From: an uncultured delta proteobacterium
GTDB taxonomy: Bacteria; Desulfobacterota; BSN033; UBA1163
Reading direction: 5' to 3'
DNA length: 64,000 nucleotides
NCBI GenBank assembly: GCA_963827685.1
Contig: CAWHBU010000006.1
Span: 1-64,000, forward strand
Shown: positions 10,457 to 19,594 of the stretch, piece after piece
Position numbering within the stretch: position 1 is the first letter of the stretch
Layout: the number at the start of each line of letters is the position of its first letter
Position numbers and translations under genes: made by a program
The notes under the pieces: model-generated
What the model saw: only the letters and a program-made list of their open reading frames with translations
Database searches by the model: none
What the model was told of the DNA's origin: nothing

Positions 10457-10493
10457 ATTCAAAATATAAATCCATATTTAATTTGAGGAGGGC

Positions 10494-10526
10494 AAAGGCA
10501 GGGTCAATTCGGCTCTGCCTTTTTTT
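10494..10526 (+). terminator. Intrinsic terminator
   Basis: aaaggcagggtc-aattc-ggctctgccttt followed by a T-tract. Confidence 0.8.
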
Positions 10527-10645
10527 GCGTATTTCTACCAGAAATCGTTGGCTCAAGAATTCTCTTAGATAAATGACTTGTAGGTCACCTTCCCCCGAGT
10601 TGATGGACACACCTGAGAATTTGTATCATTGGACAGGAGGTGCGT

Positions 10646-10942
10646 ATGGGGGAAAAGAATCGTCATTTCAGCCGTGAGTTCAAACGAGATGCAGTGCAGT
10701 TGGTCACAGAGAAAGGGATGCCGGTAGGCAAGGTGGCCCGAGAGCTTGATATCCATCCCAATCTTCTTCATCTATGGAGGAGGAGGTTCTTAGCTAAAGG
10801 GGATAAAGCCTTCGTAGGGAAGGGCCGTGTAACGCCAGAGGAAGCGGAAATAAAGGGGCTCCGGAAGGAATTAGAAAAGGTGAAGGAAGAGAGGGACATT
10901 TTAAAAAAAGCCTTGGCCGTATTCTCCAAACGAAACAGATGA
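10646..10942 (+). CDS. IS3 transposase OrfA
   Basis: FSREFKRDAV HTH, ERDILKKA; A7G slippery site at 10903-10910. Confidence 0.92.
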   Translation: MGEKNRHFSREFKRDAVQLVTEKGMPVGKVARELDIHPNLLHLWRRRFLAKGDKAFVGKGRVTPEEAEIKGLRKELEKVKEERDILKKALAVFSKRNR

Positions 10943-11796
10943 AGTATCGGTTGATAGAAGAGCACAGAGAGACCTACAAGATAAGGAGTATGAGTGAAGT
11001 GTTGAAGGTATCCAGAAGTGGTTATTATGCGTGGAAGACGCGTCAACCGAGCACACGTCAGAAAGACGATGAGGAGTTGCTGGGGCACATACGGGAGATC
11101 CACACTCAAAGCAGAAGGCTCTATGGGAGTCCGCGGATCGCAGCGGAGCTCAATAAGCAGGGTCTTAGATGTGGGAAGAACCGGGTAGCCAGGATCATGA
11201 AAGAGCACTCCATATGGGCAGAAGTGAAGAAAAAGAGATTCAGGCGGACTACCGATTCACGGCATCATTATGCCTTGGCTGCAAACTTACTGATTGACCA
11301 GAGGCAGACAGAGGGGGTATGGGCATCTGATATTACGTTTGTGCCCACTTCTGAGGGATGGCTCTATGTGGCAGCAGTGATGAATGTGAAAAGCAGAAAG
11401 ATCATTGGGCTGTCCATGAGCGATAAGCTCTCTCAGGAGCTAGCTTCTGCTGCGCTCAGGGACGCGGTGGGCAGGCAAAGCCCCTCTGAAGGGTTGATCC
11501 ACCATTCTGATCGAGGCAGGCAGTATGCAAGCTATGCCTATCAGGAGCTTTTAAGAGAATACGGCATGACTCCTAGTATGAGCAGAAGTGGCAATTGTTA
11601 TGATAATGCCTATGTGGAGTCTTTCTTTGGCACGCTCAAGACGGAGTTGGTCCATGGTGAGCGGTACCGTTCAAGGCTGGAGGCGAGGCTTAGTATTTTT
11701 GAGTACGTGGAAGTGTTTTATAATCGTCAGAGGAGTCATTCGGCATTAGGGTACAGGAGCCCAGAGCAGTATGAAAAGCTCCTTAATGAAACTTAA
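10939..11796 (+). CDS. IS3 transposase OrfB (DDE)
   Basis: WASDITF, HHSDRGRQY, DNAYVESFF. Confidence 0.94.
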   Translation: MKYRLIEEHRETYKIRSMSEVLKVSRSGYYAWKTRQPSTRQKDDEELLGHIREIHTQSRRLYGSPRIAAELNKQGLRCGKNRVARIMKEHSIWAEVKKKRFRRTTDSRHHYALAANLLIDQRQTEGVWASDITFVPTSEGWLYVAAVMNVKSRKIIGLSMSDKLSQELASAALRDAVGRQSPSEGLIHHSDRGRQYASYAYQELLREYGMTPSMSRSGNCYDNAYVESFFGTLKTELVHGERYRSRLEARLSIFEYVEVFYNRQRSHSALGYRSPEQYEKLLNET

Positions 11797-11905
11797 CTAT
11801 ATGTCCACTTTTTCAGGGGAAGGTCAAGGTGAAATCGTCAACTTAGGTTCTCTTCAAATATCCTCATCTCTCCCATCCAATCAAGCTCCAAGCAGGAGTT
11901 AATGA

Positions 11906-13311
11906 TGTAATCCCAAAATGATAATGTCCTAATTGGCCAAAATAGAAATGTCCTCTTTGAGGCATGCTACAATGCCCTTTTTTTGGAGGAGGGCATGATG
12001 GCAGAAGAGGACATGATCCATGGCACGTCAAGGAGAATTAAAGCGATTGCACGTCATTGAGAAGGTTCTGGAGGGGATTGTCAAGCAGGTAGAGGCAGCG
12101 GAGATCCTGTCGCTCAGTGGGAGGCAGATTCGAAGGATCGTTAAGCGAATAAGGAGTGAAGGGAGCAGAGGGATCATCCACAGATCGAGAGGGAGGCCAT
12201 CAAGCCGGAGGATATCCCATAAGATTAAAGAAAGGGTCATCAACCTCTACCGGACGCAGTACAAAGATTTTGGTCCGACGCTGGCCTCGGAGAAGCTTCT
12301 GGAGAGAAATGGGATTCGGATCAATGACGAGACCTTGCGGATGTGGCTTATTGGGACGGGGGATTGGAGGAAGACCCGGAGACGTAGGAGACATCGTCAG
12401 TGGAGGGAGCGGAAGCACCATGATGGAGAGATGGTCCAGATGGATGGTTCTCATCACGACTGGTTTGAAGGGAGAGGGCCGTGGTGTGTTTTGATGGGCT
12501 ACATTGACGATGCCACCGGGAGAGTGTTTGGGAGATTTTACGACTATGAAGGGACGATTCCTGCGATGGACAGTTTCAAGCGGTATATCAAGAAGTATGG
12601 GTTACCGTTGAGCGTTTATTTGGATCGATATAAGACGTATAAATCGACGGCGAAACCTACCCTCGAGGATGAGTTGAATGATGAGGAGCCGTTAAGCGAC
12701 TTTGAGAGGGCCTTAAGAGAGCTTGGGGTGGAGGTTGTGCATGCGAACTCACCGCAGGCCAAGGGTCGGATCGAGCGACTTTTCGGGACGCTTCAAGACC
12801 GGCTGGTCAAGGAGATGCGTTTAAGAGGAATCAGGACTCTCGAAGAAGCCAATGCTTTCTTAGAGGAGTATCTTCCTATTTATAACCGGAGGTTCTCTGT
12901 GAGTCCTAAGGAGAGAGACGATCTACACAGACCCTTAGGGAGGGGGTTGGATCTGGATGCAATTTTATGTATCAAGACAGAGAGGACGCTGCGAAATGAC
13001 TTCACCGTGGCGCACAATCGTAAGCTCTATCAGGTTGAGGATAAGGTCAATACTTCGAAGGTGATGGTTCAAGATCGAATGGATGGTTCCATACGCATCA
13101 CCCATAAAAACCGCGCCCTGAGATTCAGGGAAATCACCGAAAGACCGATCACAGAGAAAAGACCTTCGCCTGTTGTGAGAATGAGAAAATCATCCACTCC
13201 CCCAACGAACCATCCCTGGAGGGGATTCAAGTTTGGTAAACATCGTTATGAACGAGGAAGACCCATTGAATCTCAACCCTGAAAACAGGACATTTCTACT
13301 TTGGCTTGACA
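11906..13311 (+). mobile_element. IS1202-family (former ISNCY) insertion sequence with a 17-bp target duplication
   Basis: TGT...ACA ends with repeated (ag/at)aatgtcct boxes; CAAGCAGGAGTTAATGA at 11889-11905 and 13312-13328. Confidence 0.88.
12020..13282 (+). CDS. IS1202/ISNCY DDE transposase
   Basis: GEMVQMDGSHHDW, IDDATG, SPQAKGRIERLFGTLQDRL. Confidence 0.92.
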   Translation: MARQGELKRLHVIEKVLEGIVKQVEAAEILSLSGRQIRRIVKRIRSEGSRGIIHRSRGRPSSRRISHKIKERVINLYRTQYKDFGPTLASEKLLERNGIRINDETLRMWLIGTGDWRKTRRRRRHRQWRERKHHDGEMVQMDGSHHDWFEGRGPWCVLMGYIDDATGRVFGRFYDYEGTIPAMDSFKRYIKKYGLPLSVYLDRYKTYKSTAKPTLEDELNDEEPLSDFERALRELGVEVVHANSPQAKGRIERLFGTLQDRLVKEMRLRGIRTLEEANAFLEEYLPIYNRRFSVSPKERDDLHRPLGRGLDLDAILCIKTERTLRNDFTVAHNRKLYQVEDKVNTSKVMVQDRMDGSIRITHKNRALRFREITERPITEKRPSPVVRMRKSSTPPTNHPWRGFKFGKHRYERGRPIESQP

Positions 13312-13328
13312 CAAGCAGGAGTTAATGA

Positions 13329-13357
13329 TTGACAAATTCATTGAAGGGATATAGATT
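13329..13357 (+). promoter_or_regulatory. Sigma70-type promoter for the membrane protein + TIR pair
   Basis: TTGACA-17 nt-TAGATT. Confidence 0.6.
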
Positions 13358-13408
13358 CTTTTCTGGTATCAACCACTGATGGTTATTACCGGTTACAAAG
13401 GCAGAAGG

Positions 13409-13825
13409 ATGGAGAAGAAACAGGCACATCTTGAGATGATACAGGGCGTTATAAATAGACTTTCGCAAAACTCCTTTCTGCTCAAGGGATGGTGTGTTGT
13501 TCTCGTTTCCGCAATGTTTGCCTTGGCAGCAGGTAGTAGCAAGACATATTTCATCTACCTTGCGTATTTTCCTGCAATCGCTTTTTGGGTGTTGGATGGC
13601 TATTTTCTGTGGCAGGAACGCCTTTATCGTAAACTCTACGACCACGTGAGGCAGATGAAAGAAGAAGAAATAGACTTCTCAATGGAAACATCAGTCGTGA
13701 AGAGTCATATCGAGCCATGGTCTGACGTCATACTCTCAATGACTCTGGTGATATTTCATGGAACGGTGCTCGCTTCTATTGTGGTCGTCATGTTGATAAC
13801 GATGTTCATGATGAAAGGAGGTTAA
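13409..13825 (+). CDS. Multi-TM membrane protein, candidate effector for the adjacent TIR protein
   Basis: HLEMIQGVINRLSQNSFLLKGW, LDGYFLWQERLYRKLY; about 3 hydrophobic segments. Confidence 0.8.
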   Translation: MEKKQAHLEMIQGVINRLSQNSFLLKGWCVVLVSAMFALAAGSSKTYFIYLAYFPAIAFWVLDGYFLWQERLYRKLYDHVRQMKEEEIDFSMETSVVKSHIEPWSDVILSMTLVIFHGTVLASIVVVMLITMFMMKGG

Positions 13826-13829
13826 TCAT

Positions 13830-14321
13830 ATGGCACGCAGAGTTTTTTTCGCCTTTCACTATGAGAGAGACATCTGGCGAGCCAGCCAAGTTCGGAATAG
13901 TTGGGTGACTAAACCAGACAGGGAAACAGCAGGGTTTTGGGATGCTGCTTCTTGGGAAGAAGTTAAGAAAAAGGGAGAAGAAGCGGTTAAAAAGTGGATT
14001 GATAAAGAGTTAGAAGGAACATCTGTGACCGCTGTGCTTATCGGTGCTGAAACCAATGATAGAAAGTATGTAGATTATGAAATCGAACAAAGCCAAAAAA
14101 GAGGTAACGGGTTATTGGGGATTTATATACATAACATCAAGGATAATAAGGGAAATACGGATGTTAAAGGCAAGAATCCATTTGACTATTGGCATACAAC
14201 CGTTGATGGTCAAAAAAAATATTTTTCATCAATATATTTCACCTACGATTGGGTAAACGACAATGGTTATAAAAATTTAGGAAATTGGGTTGAAAAAGCT
14301 GCAACAAAAGCAGGAAAGTAA
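13830..14321 (+). CDS. ThsB-like TIR domain protein (MTH538/DUF1863)
   Basis: RRVFFAFHY, VTAVLIGAET, YVDYEI (putative catalytic Glu), GNGLLGIYI, YDWV. Confidence 0.9.
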   Translation: MARRVFFAFHYERDIWRASQVRNSWVTKPDRETAGFWDAASWEEVKKKGEEAVKKWIDKELEGTSVTAVLIGAETNDRKYVDYEIEQSQKRGNGLLGIYIHNIKDNKGNTDVKGKNPFDYWHTTVDGQKKYFSSIYFTYDWVNDNGYKNLGNWVEKAATKAGK

Positions 14322-14453
14322 GTATCATTATCAGGAAACTAATTCCAAGAAGATAAAGATTTTTCATATTAGATTAAGCATATATCCAAACCATTAATGG
14401 CAATGAGAAGATTTTACACCCCTGCCACCCGTGTAATTTTCTCCCAATTCTCA

Positions 14454-14482
14454 TTGACATCCCGTTCCTGATTTAGTACACT
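14454..14482 (+). promoter_or_regulatory. Sigma70-type promoter
   Basis: TTGACA-17 nt-TACACT. Confidence 0.6.
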
Positions 14483-14556
14483 GGCATCGAAATTGAAGCT
14501 CTCCGGTATTAACCTCTAACCTATCGGGTGGGATATGGTCAGGAGATGAATTTAGG

Positions 14557-14589
14557 ACCCCATTTCTAAAAAGGGAATGGGGGTTTTTT
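14557..14589 (+). terminator. Intrinsic terminator-like hairpin
   Basis: accccatttct...gggaatggggg followed by T6. Confidence 0.6.
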
Positions 14590-14627
14590 ATGGAAGCAGT
14601 CACACGGGATGTTTGAGGAAGAATGAG

Positions 14628-15320
14628 ATGAAAAAACTTTTACCGTTGGCTATGGTGTTAGGGTTATTAATTTGTAACGTTGCAAATGCGACAGAAGATA
14701 CTCCGCATTATAATGTTGTACGTGAGTATATCATGTCGCTTTGTGGAATATATAAAATACAACAAATATCAACAAAGGAATTACAAGAGAATAGTAACCC
14801 TACTGAAAAGATGATGACTGGGATTCGTAGTAGCACCAGAATGAAACTGGAACTTAATCGAAGCATTACAGCATTTAGGGAGATGAGGCTTAGGAAACCA
14901 TTTGATACATTACTTCCAACTACCATTTTTTGGTATGAAAAAAAGATCAACCTTCATAACGAACTAACTGATATTAGTAAAACATTTCTTGCCGGAATTG
15001 GTGACCCAAAACCTGAAGTTGATTATTCAAAACTAGCGGCAAGGATGCCAGAAATTACTGCAACTTTTGAATACATTGATGAAAGCATATTTCAAATGAT
15101 GCCTTTGGTTTTTGCTTTACTTATTGATGAGAAGCCAGACAACGAAGGACATATGAGTCATCTAAATATCACCAAAGACCAGAGAAAATATTTTATTGAT
15201 ACGATAGACGCTTATTTTGGTAAGAATTTGGATGAACAAAATAAAAACTGGACTGTTAGTTCAGCCGCTCTTCTAAAATCATATCTCTTAAAAAATTATA
15301 AATGTGTGGATGAATGGTGA
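14628..15320 (+). CDS. Secreted hypothetical protein
   Basis: MKKLLPLAMVLGLLICNVANA signal peptide. Confidence 0.75.
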   Translation: MKKLLPLAMVLGLLICNVANATEDTPHYNVVREYIMSLCGIYKIQQISTKELQENSNPTEKMMTGIRSSTRMKLELNRSITAFREMRLRKPFDTLLPTTIFWYEKKINLHNELTDISKTFLAGIGDPKPEVDYSKLAARMPEITATFEYIDESIFQMMPLVFALLIDEKPDNEGHMSHLNITKDQRKYFIDTIDAYFGKNLDEQNKNWTVSSAALLKSYLLKNYKCVDEW

Positions 15321-15539
15321 CAAAGAAGTAAGGGGGGGACGAAGGGGGCCTTGAAATGTTGGCAGCTGTGGGGTGAAGCAAGGAAGTGAAGCAACCGTGC
15401 TACCGACAAAAGAGGTCCTTCCCCCGATAAGATTAGAGCAAGGTAAAGATAGTTCCCGAAAAGGGGGCACTCTTGACTTCTACCCCCCCATTTTCTTGGG
15501 TCAATCGTATCTGGGAGACTGAGACAAAGGGGCATTGAG

Positions 15540-15899
15540 ATGAAAAAGTTATTTTTGACGGTATTTTTTGCATTAATAATTGTCTCCCCAGCAAATGCCC
15601 AAAGCACCTTGGCTCTTCAGGAGAAGTGTACAATAAGAGCGAAGGAACGTTTTAAAGAGGAATTTGACTTTCTTCATTACGCTTATCAAAATCATTATAA
15701 CAAGAAACTGGACAAGTGTTTTATATGGGTGTGGTCGCTTGACGGGGCACGGGTTCAATATTTGTATGATGTGAATGAAAAGCAAGACTACGGAATGATA
15801 ATAATAAGAGAGAATGATTTCCGTTGTCGCATATTAAAAAAATCTTGTAACTCTGAAGCTGAATGGGACGCATTTATAAAGTCTTATATGGAAGAATAA
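15540..15899 (+). CDS. Secreted Cys-containing hypothetical protein
   Basis: MKKLFLTVFFALIIVSPANA signal peptide; 4 Cys. Confidence 0.75.
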   Translation: MKKLFLTVFFALIIVSPANAQSTLALQEKCTIRAKERFKEEFDFLHYAYQNHYNKKLDKCFIWVWSLDGARVQYLYDVNEKQDYGMIIIRENDFRCRILKKSCNSEAEWDAFIKSYMEE

Positions 15900-15960
15900 A
15901 AGCGGAGAAAACGGGGGACTATCCACTCTAAATTTAGAAAAATCATAAAAAAAATATAAC

Positions 15961-16023
15961 ATATAACGAATCACTCCAGCGGATCGTCAATAAAGCCAGC
16001 TCCCGCTGATGTCCAGCTTTGTA
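15961..16023 (+). other. Degenerate integron attC-like site
   Basis: ATATAAC, then ctccagcgg...ccgctgatg arms; the R' GTT is eroded. Confidence 0.4.
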
Positions 16024-16060
16024 CCGTCTATAATACGATGATATGAGAAGGAGAGATGTT

Positions 16061-16567
16061 ATGAACCGAATTGTTATTATCGTGGTTTCAATAATATTTG
16101 TCACGGTTGGGTTTGCATATGGGCAGGATAGAGGGGCGATAGAAAGCAAAGCTATTAGGTTTGCAATGCCGCCACCTAAAGTTCTAAATATGGAAAAGCC
16201 AGTAAAATGTTCAGCGATTGCTACGGCGGCTATTTACGAAGAAAGGAAAGAACTGGAAGATTTTGATAAACCTAAATTAAGTGCCAAAGTGGAAAAAGGC
16301 ACAGACCAACTAAGATTGTGGCTAGAGGGAAAGGTTCTAACAGTTCAGGTGAGAGATGAAAAACCAGAGAAGTATAAAGTTACAGGGCATAACACTAATG
16401 GGGGTTGGCTCGTAGCAATGCATTATGGTGGGTTGGTTCCTACTGCGTATTCTATATCATTAAATACAAACAATGGGTTTGCAGTATGGTCGCTTAATGA
16501 ACCAGAGTTTATAATGGGCTCATTATATCCTTATGCCCAGTGCGTATACTTATATTGCACCAATTAA
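16061..16567 (+). CDS. Secreted hypothetical protein, probable gene cassette
   Basis: MNRIVIIVVSIIFVTVGFAYG signal peptide; attC starts 18 nt after the stop. Confidence 0.75.
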   Translation: MNRIVIIVVSIIFVTVGFAYGQDRGAIESKAIRFAMPPPKVLNMEKPVKCSAIATAAIYEERKELEDFDKPKLSAKVEKGTDQLRLWLEGKVLTVQVRDEKPEKYKVTGHNTNGGWLVAMHYGGLVPTAYSISLNTNNGFAVWSLNEPEFIMGSLYPYAQCVYLYCTN

Positions 16568-16584
16568 TCAGGTTAGTATGAGCG

Positions 16585-16658
16585 GTCTAACCAAAGGTTG
16601 AAGCTGACGGCTACAATTATTTTCGATGGGTGCACGCAGCTTAACCTGATCGTTAAAG
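16585..16658 (+). other. Integron attC site
   Basis: R'' GTCTAAC, L'' GTTGAAGC, L' GCTTAAC (one extra base in L''), R' GTTAAAG. Confidence 0.7.
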
Positions 16659-16767
16659 CATAATATCTGAAAAAACGACAAAGACGAGATTAACGGCTAT
16701 TGAAAACGATATTCGGCATAACGGCAAGAAAATCTGACGGCTATCGTTAGGTGCAAGGGAGATTATC

Positions 16768-17295
16768 ATGAAACCACTTGTTTCCGGTTTTACACTTTTC
16801 ATTATTCTTGCGTGGCACACCTTTTCCTATGCTCAGATACTCGGAAATACCGATAGCATGGATGTGGTCTACAGGGACGAGAGTCATTGTCTTGTAGCAC
16901 CGGAGATCCGGGGGGAGAAAGACAAGCCAATCTCCTGCTTTTGTCGGGACGCCATCATGGATGCCCGATATGTATATCAAAATTATTTACTCACGGGAAA
17001 AGACCGAAAACTTAATGGAACCTATCTGGGGCTTTGGGATCACGCTCAGCAAATGTGCGGCAAGCAATACGATTTTCTCAAGGCGACTCAAACCAAGGGC
17101 TGGCAATGGAACGGCCCGCAAGTTACACGGGAATATCCTCCCGAAAGTGAAATTAATCAAATTCAGCCTGATAGTGAGGGATTCCGAACCGTAGAATATA
17201 AAGTGCGCCTGACCTATCGTGACTCAGCGGGACAAGTAATAAAAGTTGAAAATCTCACAGCGGTGGACAGGTTACCCGCTAACACTAAAAAGTAA
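16768..17295 (+). CDS. Secreted hypothetical protein
   Basis: Signal peptide; preceded by GTTAGGT (16746) and an RBS, as in cassettes. Confidence 0.75.
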   Translation: MKPLVSGFTLFIILAWHTFSYAQILGNTDSMDVVYRDESHCLVAPEIRGEKDKPISCFCRDAIMDARYVYQNYLLTGKDRKLNGTYLGLWDHAQQMCGKQYDFLKATQTKGWQWNGPQVTREYPPESEINQIQPDSEGFRTVEYKVRLTYRDSAGQVIKVENLTAVDRLPANTKK

Positions 17296-17418
17296 GACCA
17301 GATTGCTTGTAGAGAAAGGGATATTCACCAAGGAGGAGTTTTTGGAGATAGTGAGGGTGGTGGATAGGGAGATGAAGAGGAAAAAGAAAGGGACAGAATA
17401 GGAAGGAGGTATGTAATT

Positions 17419-17835
17419 ATGAAGTCTCTATTAATAAGTGGTTTAATGGGTGTAGCCGTTTTGTTAGGGATTTGTTCATGTGCCACAGTACCAACCGAAC
17501 CTCTCGGTTCGGGCGAGCTAAGATTATTAGGTATGCAAGTTCCGGAAAGTGGGAATCTGGCGGTAGGCCTCTCTTATAATATTTATTTTACTTTTGAGGC
17601 AGACGGTAAGCCAGAGATGAGCAGAGCCTGTTGCTACTGGTCAGGTGAAGCTGATCGTCCGTACTGTTATAAGGTAAAGAGTGTAACATATGGATCGCCA
17701 GGGAATTTAAGCATCGACCTTATCCCTCCTTACGTTGGCCAACAAACATTGAGATGTTATGTGGATTATGTCCGTGACGGGAAAAGGCAACGAACTAATG
17801 CTGTAACCTCTTTTATCTATGGTCTTTCATTCTGA
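17419..17835 (+). CDS. Putative lipoprotein
   Basis: GGAGG RBS; hydrophobic leader with lipobox-like CSC. Confidence 0.75.
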   Translation: MKSLLISGLMGVAVLLGICSCATVPTEPLGSGELRLLGMQVPESGNLAVGLSYNIYFTFEADGKPEMSRACCYWSGEADRPYCYKVKSVTYGSPGNLSIDLIPPYVGQQTLRCYVDYVRDGKRQRTNAVTSFIYGLSF

Positions 17836-17910
17836 GGAGTGCTCCTAACCCTAACCAATTTCAACACAAAGATAATCGTGAGAAGCAAAGCCATAGGGGT
17901 CAGGTCTCAA

Positions 17911-19531
17911 CGGGCTGTTGCTCAAAAGCCCAATTCAAAAATATCTGACAGTTTGAGTTTCCATGAATGATAGCCGAGGGTAAGTAAAACCAAATAGCAC
18001 CATTCGGCCAATTTTTGAGTTCATTAGCTCCTTAAAATCTGAAAAGGACCTTATCTCCCTTGTCACAGCCCCTTTGATCTGCTCCATCATCACCGATGGA
18101 CTTCTCTTTAGGTAAGATCCGTACCTAAGCAAAACCTCAATGTTCTGGACAGCAGAGATCAGGTATTCCTGTATCTGCACCCGCCAAAGCCCTCTCCATC
18201 GTGCCCGGTCATATCCATACCGCGTCCCTCTGGCATAGGAACGCTCCATCAAATGCTGCCTCACTTTGATATCCCGCTTCGCTTTGGCCGATCGACTCGC
18301 TTCTCGCATCCTGTCTAGATCTTCCTGCCTCAGATGTCGCTTAATTGTCCGACCTGATCTGTTTCTAGTACACTGCTCTCTTAAGTCACATGCTGCACAA
18401 ATCTTCTTGGGTGCAGCGTAATCTCTACTTTGCCGACTCATATGTAATGATCTAGGCTTCAACCGATGCCCAGCTGGACAACGATAGGTGTCACTCTCCC
18501 GATCATACTCAAACCGCTCTTCCCCAAAGATATTCTGCTTTTCTGTACGCTTCAATGAAATTTCCCTCAAGTCCGGCATGTGGGCCTCTACTCCTCTATC
18601 ATGACAGGCCAAAAAGTTCTCGATCGTCCCGTATTTGCTGTCGGCCACCACCGTATCCGCATTGATCCCTGTATTTAAACGGTGGCTCTCTATCAGAGGA
18701 ATCATCTCATGCGCTTCATTGACATCTCCTGTTGTCGTCTCGATCGCCGTGATCACTTCACTCCGCTCATCCACGGCCCGATGTACCTGATAGGAGAGTT
18801 TGGGCTTGCCACGATTCACTATCGATGCATCCGGATCGGTCGTTGAAATGTATCGGCTGTTCTCTTTAACGTATCTCCTGGAGGAATCCGTGCTCTCGCT
18901 CTTTTCCTCTAATCGTGCTTCCAGCTTCTTGTAGCCCTCCTGGAGTTGAACCTTCAACGATCGCGTGTCGATCACGGAGTTGTTCGATGCATCCGCATCC
19001 ACCAGGCTCGAATCCACAAAGATCTTTCTGCCGTCCACTAACCCCGCCTCCACACATTGCCACACCATTCGCTCAAAGAACCCCCTAAACGCTTCCACTC
19101 CCCACCGCGCCCTGGCTTTACTCAAAACACTGTGATCCGGCACCTCACTGTCTATGTCGTACCCTAAAAACCATAGCCAGTCTAAACGCATGGGGATCGT
19201 TTCCATTAACTCTCGTTCCGATCGAACATTGTAAAGAACTAACAGCAACATCATCTTCAGGATTACAGGAGGGGGAATGGACACATTCCCGTTGCCCCCA
19301 TAGGTGTCTCTGACCTCTGCATAGATGAAGTTAAAGTCAATCTGCTCTTGAATCCTTCTCAGAAGGTGTGTCCGGGGAATCCTTTGTTCCAGGTTCATAT
19401 GATGATAGAAGATCTTCGGCTGAATTCCTGTCTGTTGTCCCATCATGGCAATATCTCCATTCCAGATTTGTGCTGCCATGCTTATAGCTCGAATGTATAA
19501 TCGTTGCAAGTATCATTTGGGCAACAGCCCG
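17911..19531 (-). mobile_element. IS1182-family element, copy 1 (1621 bp)
   Basis: IRs cgggctgttgctcaaa / tttgggcaacagcccg; target duplication TCAA (17907-17910, 19532-19535). Confidence 0.93.
17935..19446 (-). CDS. IS1182 transposase
   Basis: IPRTHLLR, VPDHSVLSK, FVDSS, TTDPDA, VADSKYG, CPAG..C..C zinc motif; start at MMGQ after GGAG. Confidence 0.93.
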   Translation of the reverse strand: MMGQQTGIQPKIFYHHMNLEQRIPRTHLLRRIQEQIDFNFIYAEVRDTYGGNGNVSIPPPVILKMMLLLVLYNVRSERELMETIPMRLDWLWFLGYDIDSEVPDHSVLSKARARWGVEAFRGFFERMVWQCVEAGLVDGRKIFVDSSLVDADASNNSVIDTRSLKVQLQEGYKKLEARLEEKSESTDSSRRYVKENSRYISTTDPDASIVNRGKPKLSYQVHRAVDERSEVITAIETTTGDVNEAHEMIPLIESHRLNTGINADTVVADSKYGTIENFLACHDRGVEAHMPDLREISLKRTEKQNIFGEERFEYDRESDTYRCPAGHRLKPRSLHMSRQSRDYAAPKKICAACDLREQCTRNRSGRTIKRHLRQEDLDRMREASRSAKAKRDIKVRQHLMERSYARGTRYGYDRARWRGLWRVQIQEYLISAVQNIEVLLRYGSYLKRSPSVMMEQIKGAVTREIRSFSDFKELMNSKIGRMVLFGFTYPRLSFMETQTVRYF

Positions 19532-19594
19532 TCAACAAATGACAACATCAGTATAGATTGATAAGTCATGAAAGAGGATGATTAGGAGAAGAGA

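Larger units (their letters stand above)
10585..11826 (+). mobile_element. IS3-family insertion sequence, 1242 bp
   Basis: Ends tcaccttcccc / ggggaaggtca; 3-bp target duplication AGG (10582-10584, 11827-11829). Confidence 0.92.

Noticed and set aside
11889-11905. IS1202 insertion next to a XerCD dif site
   Set aside because: No dif-like sequence is visible, and the dif-targeting subgroup makes short duplications rather than 17 bp.
14330-17900. CRISPR array or DGR in the accessory region
   Set aside because: No regularly spaced identical repeats, cas genes, reverse transcriptase or TR/VR pair were seen.
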